Part shown: piece after piece, positions 47,981-57,902 of the stretch
How positions within the stretch are numbered: the first letter of the stretch is position 1
Layout of the letters: the number at the start of each line of letters is the position of its first letter
Assembly: GCA_963785725.1 (NCBI GenBank)
Contig: CAWAWS010000015.1
Span: 96,001-160,000 of the forward strand
Source: an uncultured delta proteobacterium
Lineage (GTDB): Bacteria > Myxococcota_A > Polyangia > Palsa-1104
DNA: 64,000 bases
Direction of reading: 5' to 3'
The notes under the pieces: generated by a model
The model's database searches: none
Told to the model about the DNA's origin: nothing
What the model saw: the letters and a program-made list of their open reading frames with translations, nothing else
Translations under genes and position numbers: made by a program

Positions 47981-49357
47981 ATGTCGATTCGCTCCCTCGC
48001 CCGTTGGTCTTGTCTCTTCGTCGCGCTGGCCGCTGGTTGCGGCGGCACGGCCGGTAGCCGCTCGCCGGCCTCGGTGGTCTGCCCCGACGTCGTGCCCGAC
48101 TGGGCGTCCGGCACGTCCTACGTCGCGGGCACGATCGTCCGCTACAACGGGCTCTTCTATCAGTGCATTCAGGGCCACACGGCGCTGTCGAATTGGACGC
48201 CCGATGTCGTCCCGGCGCTGTGGGCGCTCGTCACCTGCTCGAGCGGCGGCGGAACGGCGGGCGGCGGCGGAACGGCCGGTGGCGGCGGAACGGCGGGCGG
48301 CGGCGGAACGGCGGGCGGCGGCGGAACGGCCGGCGGCGGTGGCGGAACGGCGGGCGGCGGCGGAACGGCCGGCGGTGGCGGCACGGCGGGCGGTGGCGGC
48401 ACCGCCGGCGGCGGCGGCTCGGCGGGCGGCGGCGGCAGCGGCCCCTCCAGCGGCGCGCTACCGAAGCACGTCTTGACCGGCTACTGGCAGGACTTCGTCA
48501 ACGGCGCCAAGACGCTGGCGCTCAAAGACGTGCCCACGACCTACAATCTCGTGGCCATCGCCTTCGCCAACGAAGACCCGTCCGCGCCCGGCGGCATCAC
48601 GTTCTCGATCGACCCGCAGCTGGCCACGGCGCTCGGCGGCTATACCGACGCGCAGCTGACGGCCGACGTCGCCACGCTGCACTCGCAAGGCCGCAAGGTC
48701 ATCGTCTCCGTCGGCGGGCAGAACGGCACCATCAGCGTCACCAGCCCGACCGCCGCCACCAACTTCGCCAACAGCGTCTACGCGCATCATGCAGAAGTAC
48801 GGCTTCGACGGCGTCGACATCGACCTCGAGAACGGCATCACCGACATCACCGACATGTCGCATGCGTTGCACAGCCTCGCGTCCAAGGCCGGCGCCGGCT
48901 TCATCATCACGCTCGCGCCGCAGACGATCGACATGCAGACGACCGGCAGCGACTACTTCGCGCTGGCGCTGGCCACAAGGAGATCCTGACGATCGCCAAC
49001 ATGCAGTACTACAACTCCGGCTCGATGAACGGCTGCGACGGCAAGGCGTCTACTCCGAGGGCAGCGTCGACTTCTTGACCGCGCTCGCCTGCATCCAGCT
49101 GCAAGGCGGCCTGCGCCCCGACCAGGTCGGGCTCGGCTTGCCGGCGTCGACGAGCGGCGCCGGCAGCGGCTACGTCGCGCCGTCGGTCGTCAACAACGGC
49201 CTCGACTGCTTGGCCAACGGCACCAACTGCGGCAAGTTCGTGCCTTCGACGAAGTGGCAGCATCCGCGGCGCCATGACCTGGTCGATCAACTGGGATGCG
49301 TCCAACAACTACAGCTTCGCCACCGCCGTACACGGCCACTTCGCGTCGCTGCCTTAG
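47981..49357 (+). CDS. GH18 chitinase lipoprotein with CBM5/12 and a Gly-rich linker; four indels (~48785, ~48975, ~49046, ~49258): sequencing errors or a pseudogene
   Basis: LAAG-C; WASGTSY..G..V.YNG..YQC..GH..W.P..VPALW; LTGYWQDF, SVGG; FDGVDIDLE, MQYYNSGSM, QVGLGLPA and GAMTWSINWD lie in shifting frames. Confidence 0.88.
48245..48441 (+). repeat. About ten tandem 18-bp units encoding (T/S)AGGGG, the chitinase linker
   Basis: GGAACGGC(G/C)GG(C/T)GGCGGC repeats read directly. Confidence 0.9.
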
Positions 49358-49467
49358 GCGCTAGCTCGTGAACGCGAGTCGCTTCCTGGTTGGCTTGCTC
49401 GGCGCGCGCGGTATCATGCGTTGATGTTTCGCCGCGTGCCGAACCATCGCAGGTCCGTCGTCTCCAC

Positions 49468-50220
49468 GTGACCGCGCGTCCGCTCCTCATCGCCGTCGTC
49501 GCCGGCTGTGCCGGCTGTTCGTTCGCCATCGACGCCTGGCCGCCGTCGGCCGATCTCGCCGTGCCCATCGACGCGCGCGATCTGGCGCCGCCGCCGCCGC
49601 CCGACGCTTCGCCGCCGCCGCCGCCCGATCTGCAGATGGTCTACGCCGGCACGCTCGTCTTGACCGCGACCAACTTGGTGACGGCGCAAGAGGCGATGCT
49701 GACGCAACTGGGCACGCGCGATTGGGTGCATTGGGGCTACACGACGGCAGCCGACGTCGATCGCAAGCTGACCGGCGGCGCGCAGATCGGCGGCTTCACC
49801 GTCGTCGGCCCCAGCTCGCCGACGCTGTACACCGACAACATCGTCGGCTTCAACTGGACGGACGGCATGCCGCACATGACGTCGGGCGGCGCGCAGACGT
49901 CCGGCCTCTACGTCACGGCGCTCAACAACGGCTTTCGCCTGAGCATCCCCGCCGTCATGACCCAGCGCACGCTGTACTTGTATGTCGGCGGCTATCACTC
50001 GACGGGACGGCTGAGCGCGCTCTTGTCCGACGCCTCGGCGGCGGCCGTCAGCTTCGACGCGATCGGCAACATGAGCGGCAAATACGCCATCCAATTCCGG
50101 CTCGACTTCGCCACGGCGACGAGCGGACAGACGCTCGACCTCACGTGGGTGCAAGAGAGCGGCGACAGCTCGGGCAACGTCACCTTGCAAGCGGCCGCGC
50201 TCGCCGACGCCACGCAGTAG
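49468..50220 (+). CDS. Uncharacterised secreted/lipoprotein with a Pro-rich linker and a beta-rich domain
   Basis: Hydrophobic leader ending CAG-C, PPPPPD linker, LGTRDWVHWG, GNVTLQAAAL; host-like codon usage. Confidence 0.7.
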   Translation: MTARPLLIAVVAGCAGCSFAIDAWPPSADLAVPIDARDLAPPPPPDASPPPPPDLQMVYAGTLVLTATNLVTAQEAMLTQLGTRDWVHWGYTTAADVDRKLTGGAQIGGFTVVGPSSPTLYTDNIVGFNWTDGMPHMTSGGAQTSGLYVTALNNGFRLSIPAVMTQRTLYLYVGGYHSTGRLSALLSDASAAAVSFDAIGNMSGKYAIQFRLDFATATSGQTLDLTWVQESGDSSGNVTLQAAALADATQ

Positions 50221-50256
50221 CCAGCGCGCGGCCGATTGCCTATGCTCGTCGGCCAC

Positions 50257-51609
50257 ATGACGGCGCGCGAGCTCAACTTCGACGGCCTGGTTGGTCCTTC
50301 GCATCATTACGGCGGCTTGTCGTTCGGCAACGTCGCCTCGGCGCAGCATCAGGGCGACTGGTCCAACCCGCGGCAAGCGGCGCTGCAAGGCCTGGCCAAG
50401 ATGCGCGCGCTGCACGCGCTCGGGCTCGGGCAGGCGCTCATGCCGCCGCACATGCGGCCCGACTTGTCGCTGGCGCGGCGGCTCGGCTTCTCCGGCGACG
50501 ACGCGACCGTGCTGGCGACGCTGGCGCGCGAGCAGCCGACGCTCTTGGCCGCGTCCTACTCGGCGTCGAGCATGTGGACGGCCAACGCGGCCACGGTCTC
50601 GCCCAGCGCCGACAGCGACGACGGCAAAGTGCACTTCACGCCGGCCAATCTGCAGAACAAATTGCACCGCAGCATCGAAGCGCCGACGACCGCGCGCATC
50701 TTGCAGGCGATCTTCGCGGACGAACGCCACTTCGTGCACCACGCGCCCTTGCCGTCGACGGCGGCGCTCGGCGACGAGGGCGCGGCCAACCACACGCGCC
50801 TCGCGCCCGACTATGGCGCGCGCGGCGTGCAGCTCTTCGTCTACGGCGAGAGCGCGACCCAGCGCGGCACGCCGCGGCCCAAGCTCTACCCGGCGCGGCA
50901 GACGCTCGAGAGCTGTCTCGCGCTGGCGCGGCTGCATCGTCTGCCGGCCGAGCGCGTCGTCTTCGCGCAGCAGCATCCCGACACGATCGATCAAGGCGTC
51001 TTTCACAACGACGTCATCTCCGTCGGCAATGGCGGCGTCTTCTTCTTCCACGAAGCGGCGTTTCTCGACAGCGACCGGGTGCTCGACGAGCTGGCGCGCA
51101 AATACGCGGCCACGACCGGCCGGCCGTTGGCGCTGGTGCGCGTGCGCGCCGACGACGTGACCGTCGCCGAGGCGGTGTCGACCTATCTCTTCAACAGCCA
51201 GCTGGTGACGCTGCCCGACGGTCGGACGCTGCTCGTCGCGCCCAAGGACTGCGAGGACAGCCCGCGCGTGCGCGCCTACGTGCAGCGGCTCGTCGACGGC
51301 GAGGCGCCCATCGACGACGTGCGCTACTTCGACCTGCGGCAGAGCATGAACGGCGGCGGCGGTCCGGCCTGCCTGCGCCTGCGCGTCGTGTTGACGGCGG
51401 ATGAAGAGCGCGCGCTGGCGCCGGGTGTGCGGTTTACGCCCGAGCTCGACGGCAAGCTGGTGGCGTGGATCGAGCGGCACTATCGCGATCGTCTGCAGCC
51501 GGGCGACCTGGCCGACCCGCAGCTCATGCACGAAGCCCAGCGGGCGCTCGACGAGCTGACGCAGCTCTTGGGTTTGCCGTCGATCTATCCGTTCCAGCTG
51601 GCGCGCTGA
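50257..51609 (+). CDS. astB: N-succinylarginine dihydrolase
   Basis: [73 protein letters not shown]. Confidence 0.96.
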   Translation: MTARELNFDGLVGPSHHYGGLSFGNVASAQHQGDWSNPRQAALQGLAKMRALHALGLGQALMPPHMRPDLSLARRLGFSGDDATVLATLAREQPTLLAASYSASSMWTANAATVSPSADSDDGKVHFTPANLQNKLHRSIEAPTTARILQAIFADERHFVHHAPLPSTAALGDEGAANHTRLAPDYGARGVQLFVYGESATQRGTPRPKLYPARQTLESCLALARLHRLPAERVVFAQQHPDTIDQGVFHNDVISVGNGGVFFFHEAAFLDSDRVLDELARKYAATTGRPLALVRVRADDVTVAEAVSTYLFNSQLVTLPDGRTLLVAPKDCEDSPRVRAYVQRLVDGEAPIDDVRYFDLRQSMNGGGGPACLRLRVVLTADEERALAPGVRFTPELDGKLVAWIERHYRDRLQPGDLADPQLMHEAQRALDELTQLLGLPSIYPFQLAR

Positions 51610-51684
51610 GCGGTCGCGACGCGCTCGCGTGGCGACGGTCTCGTCGTTGTCGTCGCCGGCGCGGCCCGTCGCCGGCCAGCGCGT

Positions 51685-53127
51685 CTACGGCGTGACGCTC
51701 GACAAGCCCTCGCCGGCCGCGCGCCTCAAGTTCGCCAACGCCAAGTTCGCGTCGAAGATCGCCGACAAATGGCGCAAGCGGAACTCGAAGTAATTGCGCG
51801 CCGCCTCGATCATTTCGCGGCTGTCGGCGGTCAATCCCGTGTTGCTGCTCTGGTCGATGGCGTTGAACCAGCCGCGCGCGACGCGCTCGCCGCGCCCGGT
51901 CTCCTCGGCGCGGCCGCGCGCCTCGTCCCAGTTGGCGTGCGCCTGCGCCAGCTCCGTCGAGTAGCCGGCGATGGCCGCCGTCAGCTGCGCGCGCCGCTGC
52001 AGCTCCTCGTGTCGCGCCTGCAAGTAGCGGCCGCTGCGAATACCGAAGTCGAGCGGCTGATGCAGCTGCAGCCCGAAGTTGGCGTTGAGATACGACGGTC
52101 GCGTCAGATACCAGTTCTGCGGCGTGTCCATGTTCGACGCGTAGCCGTAGCCGAAGTTGCTGGTCATGATGATCTCGGGGAGCATCTCGGAGATGCGCAG
52201 CCGCCGTATCTCGGTCGCGCCTTTGGCGGTGGCGCGCGAGATGCGAATCTCCGGCCGCAAACGCAGCGCGCGCTCTTGCCACGCCGCCAAATCCTCGACT
52301 GGCGCGTCCTGCACGTCGAGCTCGCTGTCGTCGACGCCGGCGTGCTCGTCGGCGGTCAGAATCTGCAGCGCGTGCTCGGCGAAGGCGCGGTTGCGCTTCT
52401 GGTCGAGCAGCAGCACCTCGATGTTCGCCAGCGCGATCTTGAGCCGCGCCAAGTCGCCTTCGGTGTAGTGCGACGGATTGGCGCCGTTCATCTGCTCGTC
52501 GATGCGATCGAGCCACTCCTTGAGCTTGTCGCGCGCCTCGGTCAAGGTCGACACCGCCGCCACCGCGCTCTTGACGCCCCAGTAGGCCCGCGCCGCGTTC
52601 AAGATGACGTCGGCCTCTTCCTTGGCCAGCTGCGCCTGCGCGACCTCGACCTGCGCCTGCGCGTTGCCGATGTTGAACTCGATGCGGCCGAACGAAAACA
52701 GCGGCTGGTTCAGCTGAATCTGCAGGTTCAGCTGGATGCCGTGGATCGGCGCCACGTCGGCCAGGCTCGGCGGCGCGCTGGTGCCCGACGTCTTCAAGTC
52801 GACGATGTTGGTGCGCACGCAGTCTTGCTCGCGCACGGCCTTGGACGCATTCGGAACGTCGGGCACGCTGGGATCGGTCGGCGGCGGGCCGAGGCAGCGA
52901 ATCTTGGGCGTGCCCGCCAGCGACAGCGTCAGATCGCCGGTCGGCAGCCACATCCGCCGCGCCTGACCGAGCTGCGCGCGCGCCACCTCCACGCCTTCGC
53001 GCGCGGCCACGAGCCCGGGATAATCGCTGCGCACGCGCGCCACCAGATCGCCGAGCGAGTAGGGCTTCGCCGCCGCCGGCGACGACGCCAGCGCCAGCAC
53101 GATCATGACGAACAGGAGCCGCTTCAT
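51685..53127 (-). CDS. TolC-family outer-membrane efflux protein
   Basis: Start MKRLLFVMIVL (ATG 53127, ATGA overlap); signal peptide; QPLFSFGRI, RAYW, RPEI, two-fold helical repeat. Confidence 0.8.
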   Translation of the reverse strand: MKRLLFVMIVLALASSPAAAKPYSLGDLVARVRSDYPGLVAAREGVEVARAQLGQARRMWLPTGDLTLSLAGTPKIRCLGPPPTDPSVPDVPNASKAVREQDCVRTNIVDLKTSGTSAPPSLADVAPIHGIQLNLQIQLNQPLFSFGRIEFNIGNAQAQVEVAQAQLAKEEADVILNAARAYWGVKSAVAAVSTLTEARDKLKEWLDRIDEQMNGANPSHYTEGDLARLKIALANIEVLLLDQKRNRAFAEHALQILTADEHAGVDDSELDVQDAPVEDLAAWQERALRLRPEIRISRATAKGATEIRRLRISEMLPEIIMTSNFGYGYASNMDTPQNWYLTRPSYLNANFGLQLHQPLDFGIRSGRYLQARHEELQRRAQLTAAIAGYSTELAQAHANWDEARGRAEETGRGERVARGWFNAIDQSSNTGLTADSREMIEAARNYFEFRLRHLSAIFDANLALANLRRAAGEGLSSVTP

Positions 53128-54545
53128 CGCCGACCCATGACTGCGGCCGCGACCTTGGCCGGATCTTTGTCGTCGAGATCGGTGGCGCGGCGCAGCACGG
53201 CCCAAGCCACGTTGGCGTCGCCGATCGCTTGCACGTTGCGCAGCCGGAAGTCGATCCACACGCGAAACGACTCCATCAGCTCACGCAGATCGCGATAGGT
53301 GCCGATGGCCAAGTCTTCGTCGACCGAGGTCAGCCAGCCGCGCGCCGTGCCCTCGGCCGCGGCCGTCGTCAGCGCGCGCTGCTCGGCTTCGTCGCAGTCG
53401 GCCCACGCTTTGGCGACGTCGATGTCGATGCCGCCGAGCGCCTGTTGGGCGCGAGCGTGATTGGCCAGGTCCTCGTGCCGCGTCTGATCGAGCCGGCCCA
53501 AGCCGCCGCCGAAGTCGAGATGCTCGTGCAGGATGAGCGCGAAGCCGCCGCCGAGCGCGCCCGGCGGCTGCGGCATGTAGCCGTTGGGCGGCCGATTGCC
53601 CGCCGCGAACGAGTTGTAGCCGTCGGTGAGCCCGCTGAAGAGGCCGAGCTCGGGCAACAGCTGCGTCAACAAGAGCGTCTCGTGATCGTGCGACGCTCTG
53701 AGGCCCGCGCGCAGCTGGCGCAGCTCCGGGCGCGCGACCGCCCGCGCTTCCCAGTCGGCCATCGTCAGCGCCGGCGCGCGGTGCACGAGCGCCAATTCGT
53801 CGTCGTCGACGTCGCCCGCTTCGTCGTCGACGAGCAGGCGCACGGCGTCGCGCGCCGCCGTCGCCGCGCGGCGCTGATCGGCGAGCTGCCCGCGCAAGTT
53901 GACGAGCGCGATCTTGAGGCGCGCCACGTCGGCCTCGGTGTAGCCGACGCCATTGTCGCCCTCGAGCTGCGCCTCGATGCGCCCGAGCCACGACTGCAGC
54001 TGCGCCACGGCCGCCACCAAGATGGCCACCTGGGCGCGCGCCGTCTTGCGAATCCAATAGGCGCGCACCGACGTCACGACGAGGTCGGCGCGATCGCGCG
54101 CGAGCTGCGCGTCGGCCGCGGCCAGCCCGTCTTCGCCGAGCGCCTGCAGCGACTCGATCTTGCCGAAGCTATAGAGCGGCTGGATGACGCTGATGTTGAA
54201 GTTGAGCAGGAAATTGTGGACCGGCGCGCGCTCCGCCAGCGACTCGCCGAAGGCCGAGTGTCCGAGATCGGTCACGCTCGTGGCCAAGCAGTTGCCGTCG
54301 GGGTTCGTCGTGATGCACTTGACGTTGGGCGCGCCGTTCATGTTGATGACGGCGTCGCCCATCGGCGCCCACAGCAGCTGCGCCTGGCGGAGCTGCGCGT
54401 GCGCGGCGGCGCGGGCTTCGCGCGCGGCGGCGACGTTGGGCGACTTGGCTGCGCGCGCCACCAAATCATCGAGCGAATAGCCGGCAGCGGCGGCCGGCGT
54501 CGACAGAAACAGGGAAAACAGCAGCGAGTAAGTAGTAAGACGCAT
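53124..54545 (-). CDS. TolC-family outer-membrane efflux protein (paralogue)
   Basis: Signal peptide; QPLYSFGKI, RAYW, YTEADVARLKIAL shared with the neighbour, RPEL. Confidence 0.8.
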   Translation of the reverse strand: MRLTTYSLLFSLFLSTPAAAAGYSLDDLVARAAKSPNVAAAREARAAAHAQLRQAQLLWAPMGDAVINMNGAPNVKCITTNPDGNCLATSVTDLGHSAFGESLAERAPVHNFLLNFNISVIQPLYSFGKIESLQALGEDGLAAADAQLARDRADLVVTSVRAYWIRKTARAQVAILVAAVAQLQSWLGRIEAQLEGDNGVGYTEADVARLKIALVNLRGQLADQRRAATAARDAVRLLVDDEAGDVDDDELALVHRAPALTMADWEARAVARPELRQLRAGLRASHDHETLLLTQLLPELGLFSGLTDGYNSFAAGNRPPNGYMPQPPGALGGGFALILHEHLDFGGGLGRLDQTRHEDLANHARAQQALGGIDIDVAKAWADCDEAEQRALTTAAAEGTARGWLTSVDEDLAIGTYRDLRELMESFRVWIDFRLRNVQAIGDANVAWAVLRRATDLDDKDPAKVAAAVMGRR

Positions 54546-54642
54546 CTTCAGGCTCGGTTGGGTGGCGCTAGGTATTTCACGATCGTCGACGAACAGCTAG
54601 ACGTGGCTGCAAAGCCTGCTGCGCTCCTCGCTTGGACCGGCA

Positions 54643-55797
54643 TTAGGGGCAGCTCGCGGCAATCGGCGGCAGGGCGCGCCACCAGGCCGGCGTCGTCGGG
54701 TGCAAGAGCGGCTCGACCGGCTCGCCCAGGCGCGGCGTGGTGATGGCGACGTGGCGCTTGGCGGCCTCGACCGTCAACGTCTCCGCCGGCTCCGACCAGT
54801 CGTGCATGCCGAGCTCGAACGTCGCCCAGTGAATCGGAAAGAGGACGCGACCGCCGAGGCGCTCGTTGGCCTCCAGCGCGCCGAGCGGGCCCAAATGAAT
54901 GTTGCCCCAGCTCGGGTCGTATTGGCCGATCTCGAGCAGCGCCACGTCGAAGGGGCCGAGGCGCGCGCCGATCTCGCGCATCGCCGCGTGCAAGCCGGTG
55001 TCGCCGCTGTAGAACAGGCGGTGGCGCGGCCCGACGAGCGCCCACGACGTCCACGACGCGCCGACGCGACCGGGCACGCCGCGGCCGTTGAAGTGCCGCG
55101 CCGGCACCGACGTCAGCTGCACGCCGTGCGGCAGCGTCGCCGGCTGCCACCAGTCGTGCTCGACGATCTGCGCCGCCGGCACGCCCCACGCCGTCAAATG
55201 CGCGCCGATGCCGAGCGGCACGTGGAACGCCACGCCTCGCTCAGCCAGCGCCTGCACCGTCGCTTGGTCGAGGTGATCGTAGTGCTCGTGCGAGATCACG
55301 ACGGCGTCGAGGTGCGGCAGCGCGTCGAGCGCCATCGGCGGCGGATGAAAGCGGCGCGGCCCCACCCAGCGCGACGGCGACGCGCGCTCACTCCAGATCG
55401 GATCGGTCAGCACCGTGACGCCGTCGACTTCGAGGATCGTCGTCGAGTGGCCGAGCCAGGTGACGCGCACCTCCGACGCCGGCGGCTTTTGCAGCTCGGC
55501 CGCGCCGTTTCCGTACAGCGGCAAGGGACAATTGGGCGCGCGCAGCTCGTGACCGAAGAGCCAATGGCGCAGCACCCCCAGCGACGAAGACGACGAGTCG
55601 GCCATCATCGGCGTGTACTCGGTGTTGACGAAGCGATGGCCGTCGAAGTGCGGCGACCGGCGCAGCTTGGCGGCGTCGGGGCTGCCGCCGAACGCGCGCA
55701 GATGATCGGTCGACAGCCAGGTCGCCGCCGCCAACAGGACGACCACGCCCGTGACGAGCCGCACGAGCAGCCGCAGCTTCGGACGGCGCGCCGTCAT
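54643..55797 (-). CDS. MBL-fold metallo-hydrolase (NAPE-PLD/RomA-like)
   Basis: TWLGHST, LTDPIWS, ISHEHYDHLD, PARHF, SGDTG, PIHWATF; N-terminal TM. Confidence 0.9.
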   Translation of the reverse strand: MTARRPKLRLLVRLVTGVVVLLAAATWLSTDHLRAFGGSPDAAKLRRSPHFDGHRFVNTEYTPMMADSSSSSLGVLRHWLFGHELRAPNCPLPLYGNGAAELQKPPASEVRVTWLGHSTTILEVDGVTVLTDPIWSERASPSRWVGPRRFHPPPMALDALPHLDAVVISHEHYDHLDQATVQALAERGVAFHVPLGIGAHLTAWGVPAAQIVEHDWWQPATLPHGVQLTSVPARHFNGRGVPGRVGASWTSWALVGPRHRLFYSGDTGLHAAMREIGARLGPFDVALLEIGQYDPSWGNIHLGPLGALEANERLGGRVLFPIHWATFELGMHDWSEPAETLTVEAAKRHVAITTPRLGEPVEPLLHPTTPAWWRALPPIAASCP

Positions 55798-55893
55798 CCA
55801 GCGCCGAAGAGGGGAGCCGTCATGATCCACTGACCGTACGGTTGTGACCGTTGGCCGTCAACGAAAGTTGCCCGCGTTTTTACGGCTGCGCGG

Positions 55894-56352
55894 TCAGCGG
55901 CACGCGGGGTGATGCTCGTCATACAGCGAGACGGCACGCTGCCCGCGATTGCTGCTCTTCTTCATCTCGACGCCGGCGGCGATGAGCGAGCCGACACCGA
56001 CGGCCGCGAAGGGGATGCCGATGCCGAGCTCGGTCGCGCCGTCGCCGCGCCCGCCGTCGGCCGTAATCGACACGCCGACGACCGTGAACGCGATGCCGAC
56101 GGCGCCGAGCACGATCGACGCCAGCGCGTGCTGCCGCGACCGCTTGGCCAGCGCCTGCGCCTCGGGATCGTCGGACGTGGCGGTGATCAAGTTGTCGCCC
56201 GGCACCGGCTGACCGGCCTTGTACAAGTGGATGTCCGACGGGTGATCGCTCTCGGCGCCGATGCGAATGCAGCCAGTCGAGCGGATTTCCGCAGTCGCGC
56301 ACCCGGTTTGCAGGGCGAGGGCGAAGAGCAGCGCAGGCTTTAGTCTAGTCAT
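55894..56352 (-). CDS. Hypothetical membrane lipoprotein
   Basis: QTG-C lipobox-like leader, two Gly-rich hydrophobic helices. Confidence 0.65.
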   Translation of the reverse strand: MTRLKPALLFALALQTGCATAEIRSTGCIRIGAESDHPSDIHLYKAGQPVPGDNLITATSDDPEAQALAKRSRQHALASIVLGAVGIAFTVVGVSITADGGRGDGATELGIGIPFAAVGVGSLIAAGVEMKKSSNRGQRAVSLYDEHHPACR

Positions 56353-56420
56353 GCTGATCGCAGCTTAGCCTCGCCCACCCGAGCTGCGCCATCGCGTTCG
56401 TGCGGCCTATATTCAACCCG

Positions 56421-57902
56421 GTGAGCGATCCCCGTCCGACCTTGGTCTTGGCCGGCGCCGCCGGCTTCATCGGGCAGGCGCTGGCGGCGACGCTGCACGC
56501 GCGCTTCCGCGTCGTCGGCCTGTCGCGCAAAGCGCGCCCCGCCGACGCGCACGTCGACGAATACCGCCGCTGCGACCTCTTCAACCTACGCGAAGCCGAC
56601 GCGGGCCTGGCCGGCGCCGACTACGCCGTCTATCTCGTGCACAGCATGATGCCGTCGGCGCGGCTGACGCAGGGCTCGTTCGCCGACATGGACCTCATCT
56701 GCGCCGACAACTTCGCCCGCGCCGCGAAGCGGGCCGGCGTGCGCCAGATCGTCTACTTGGGCGGCCTCATCCCGGCTGCCCAAACACAAAGAGGGCCGCT
56801 GTCGGCGCATCTGCGCAGCCGCCTCGAAGTCGAGCGCACGCTCGGCCGCTACGGCACGCCGGTCACGGCCTTACGCGCCGGCATCATCCTCGGCGCGCGC
56901 GGCTCGTCGTTCCAAATTCTGCTGCGGCTCGTGCGCCGCTTGCCGCTCATGGTGCTGCCGGCGTGGACGCAGACGCGCACGCAGCCGGTGGCGCTCGCCG
57001 ACGTCGTGGCGCTGTTGGCGTTCGCCGTCGGTCAGCGCGCCTGCTTCGGCCGCAGCTTCGACGTCGGCACGCCGGAGACGGTCAGCTACGCCGAGCTCAT
57101 GACGCACTTGGCGGCGCAGCTCGGCCGACCCTTGACGGCGCTGCCGGTGCCGCTCATCTCGCCCAAGCTGTCGCGCCTGTGGATTTCGCTGGTGACCGGG
57201 GCGCCGCGCGCGCTGGTCGAGCCGCTCATCGACAGCTTGCGACACGAGATGGTGGCGCGCGACCACGCGCTGGCGACGCTGGCCGGCCGCGTGCCGACGC
57301 CGCTCGACGCCGCGCTCGGGCAAGCGCTCGGCGACGCCGGTCGCGACCCGCCGCGCGCGTTTGCGCGGGCGCCGGTCGTCGACGCGCCGCTCGTGCGCTC
57401 GGTGCAGCGCATGCAGCTGCCGGCCGGCCGCGACGCCGCGTGGGCCGCCGGCGAGTACGCGCGCTGGCTGCCGCGTGGCCTGCGCGGCCTCATCCGCGTC
57501 GACGTCGACGCCGGCGGAACCTGTCGCTTTTTCTTGGCCGGCGTCGGCCTCGAGCTGCTCGTTCTTCGGTACGCGCCCGATCGCAGCTCGCCCGATCGGC
57601 AGCTCTACTTCATCGACGGCGGGCGCTTGGCGCGCCTGCCGCAACGCGGTCGCTTCGAGCTGCGCCAGCTCCTCGACGGTCGCACGCTGATGACGGCGAT
57701 CCACGACTACCAGCCGCGCTTGCCCTGGGCCTTGTACGTCGGGTCGCAAGCGCTCGTGCATCGCTGGGTCATGTGGGCGTTCGCGCGCCACTTGCGCGGT
57801 CAGCACAGCGTCGCCGATCCGGTCTTGCGTCACGTGCTGGCCGGCCCGACCGACCACGCGGGGCACGCTGGCGCCGACTCGGCGCCGCCGGCGCGGCCTT
57901 GA
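56421..57902 (+). CDS. NAD(P)H-binding atypical SDR (YbjT-like) with a C-terminal extra domain
   Basis: LAGAAGFIG Rossmann motif, AVYLVHSM, QIVYLGG, HLRSRLEVE, LRAGIILG. Confidence 0.85.
   Translation: MSDPRPTLVLAGAAGFIGQALAATLHARFRVVGLSRKARPADAHVDEYRRCDLFNLREADAGLAGADYAVYLVHSMMPSARLTQGSFADMDLICADNFARAAKRAGVRQIVYLGGLIPAAQTQRGPLSAHLRSRLEVERTLGRYGTPVTALRAGIILGARGSSFQILLRLVRRLPLMVLPAWTQTRTQPVALADVVALLAFAVGQRACFGRSFDVGTPETVSYAELMTHLAAQLGRPLTALPVPLISPKLSRLWISLVTGAPRALVEPLIDSLRHEMVARDHALATLAGRVPTPLDAALGQALGDAGRDPPRAFARAPVVDAPLVRSVQRMQLPAGRDAAWAAGEYARWLPRGLRGLIRVDVDAGGTCRFFLAGVGLELLVLRYAPDRSSPDRQLYFIDGGRLARLPQRGRFELRQLLDGRTLMTAIHDYQPRLPWALYVGSQALVHRWVMWAFARHLRGQHSVADPVLRHVLAGPTDHAGHAGADSAPPARP

Noticed and set aside
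48245..48441. Tandem repeats as a possible CRISPR array or non-coding VNTR
   Set aside because: No unique spacers; in-frame 18-bp units encode a Gly-rich linker; no cas genes.
54643..55797. Metallo-beta-lactamase resistance gene
   Set aside because: Motifs (DPIWS.RASP, PARHF, PIHWATF) fit the NAPE-PLD/RomA-like hydrolases, not class B beta-lactamases.
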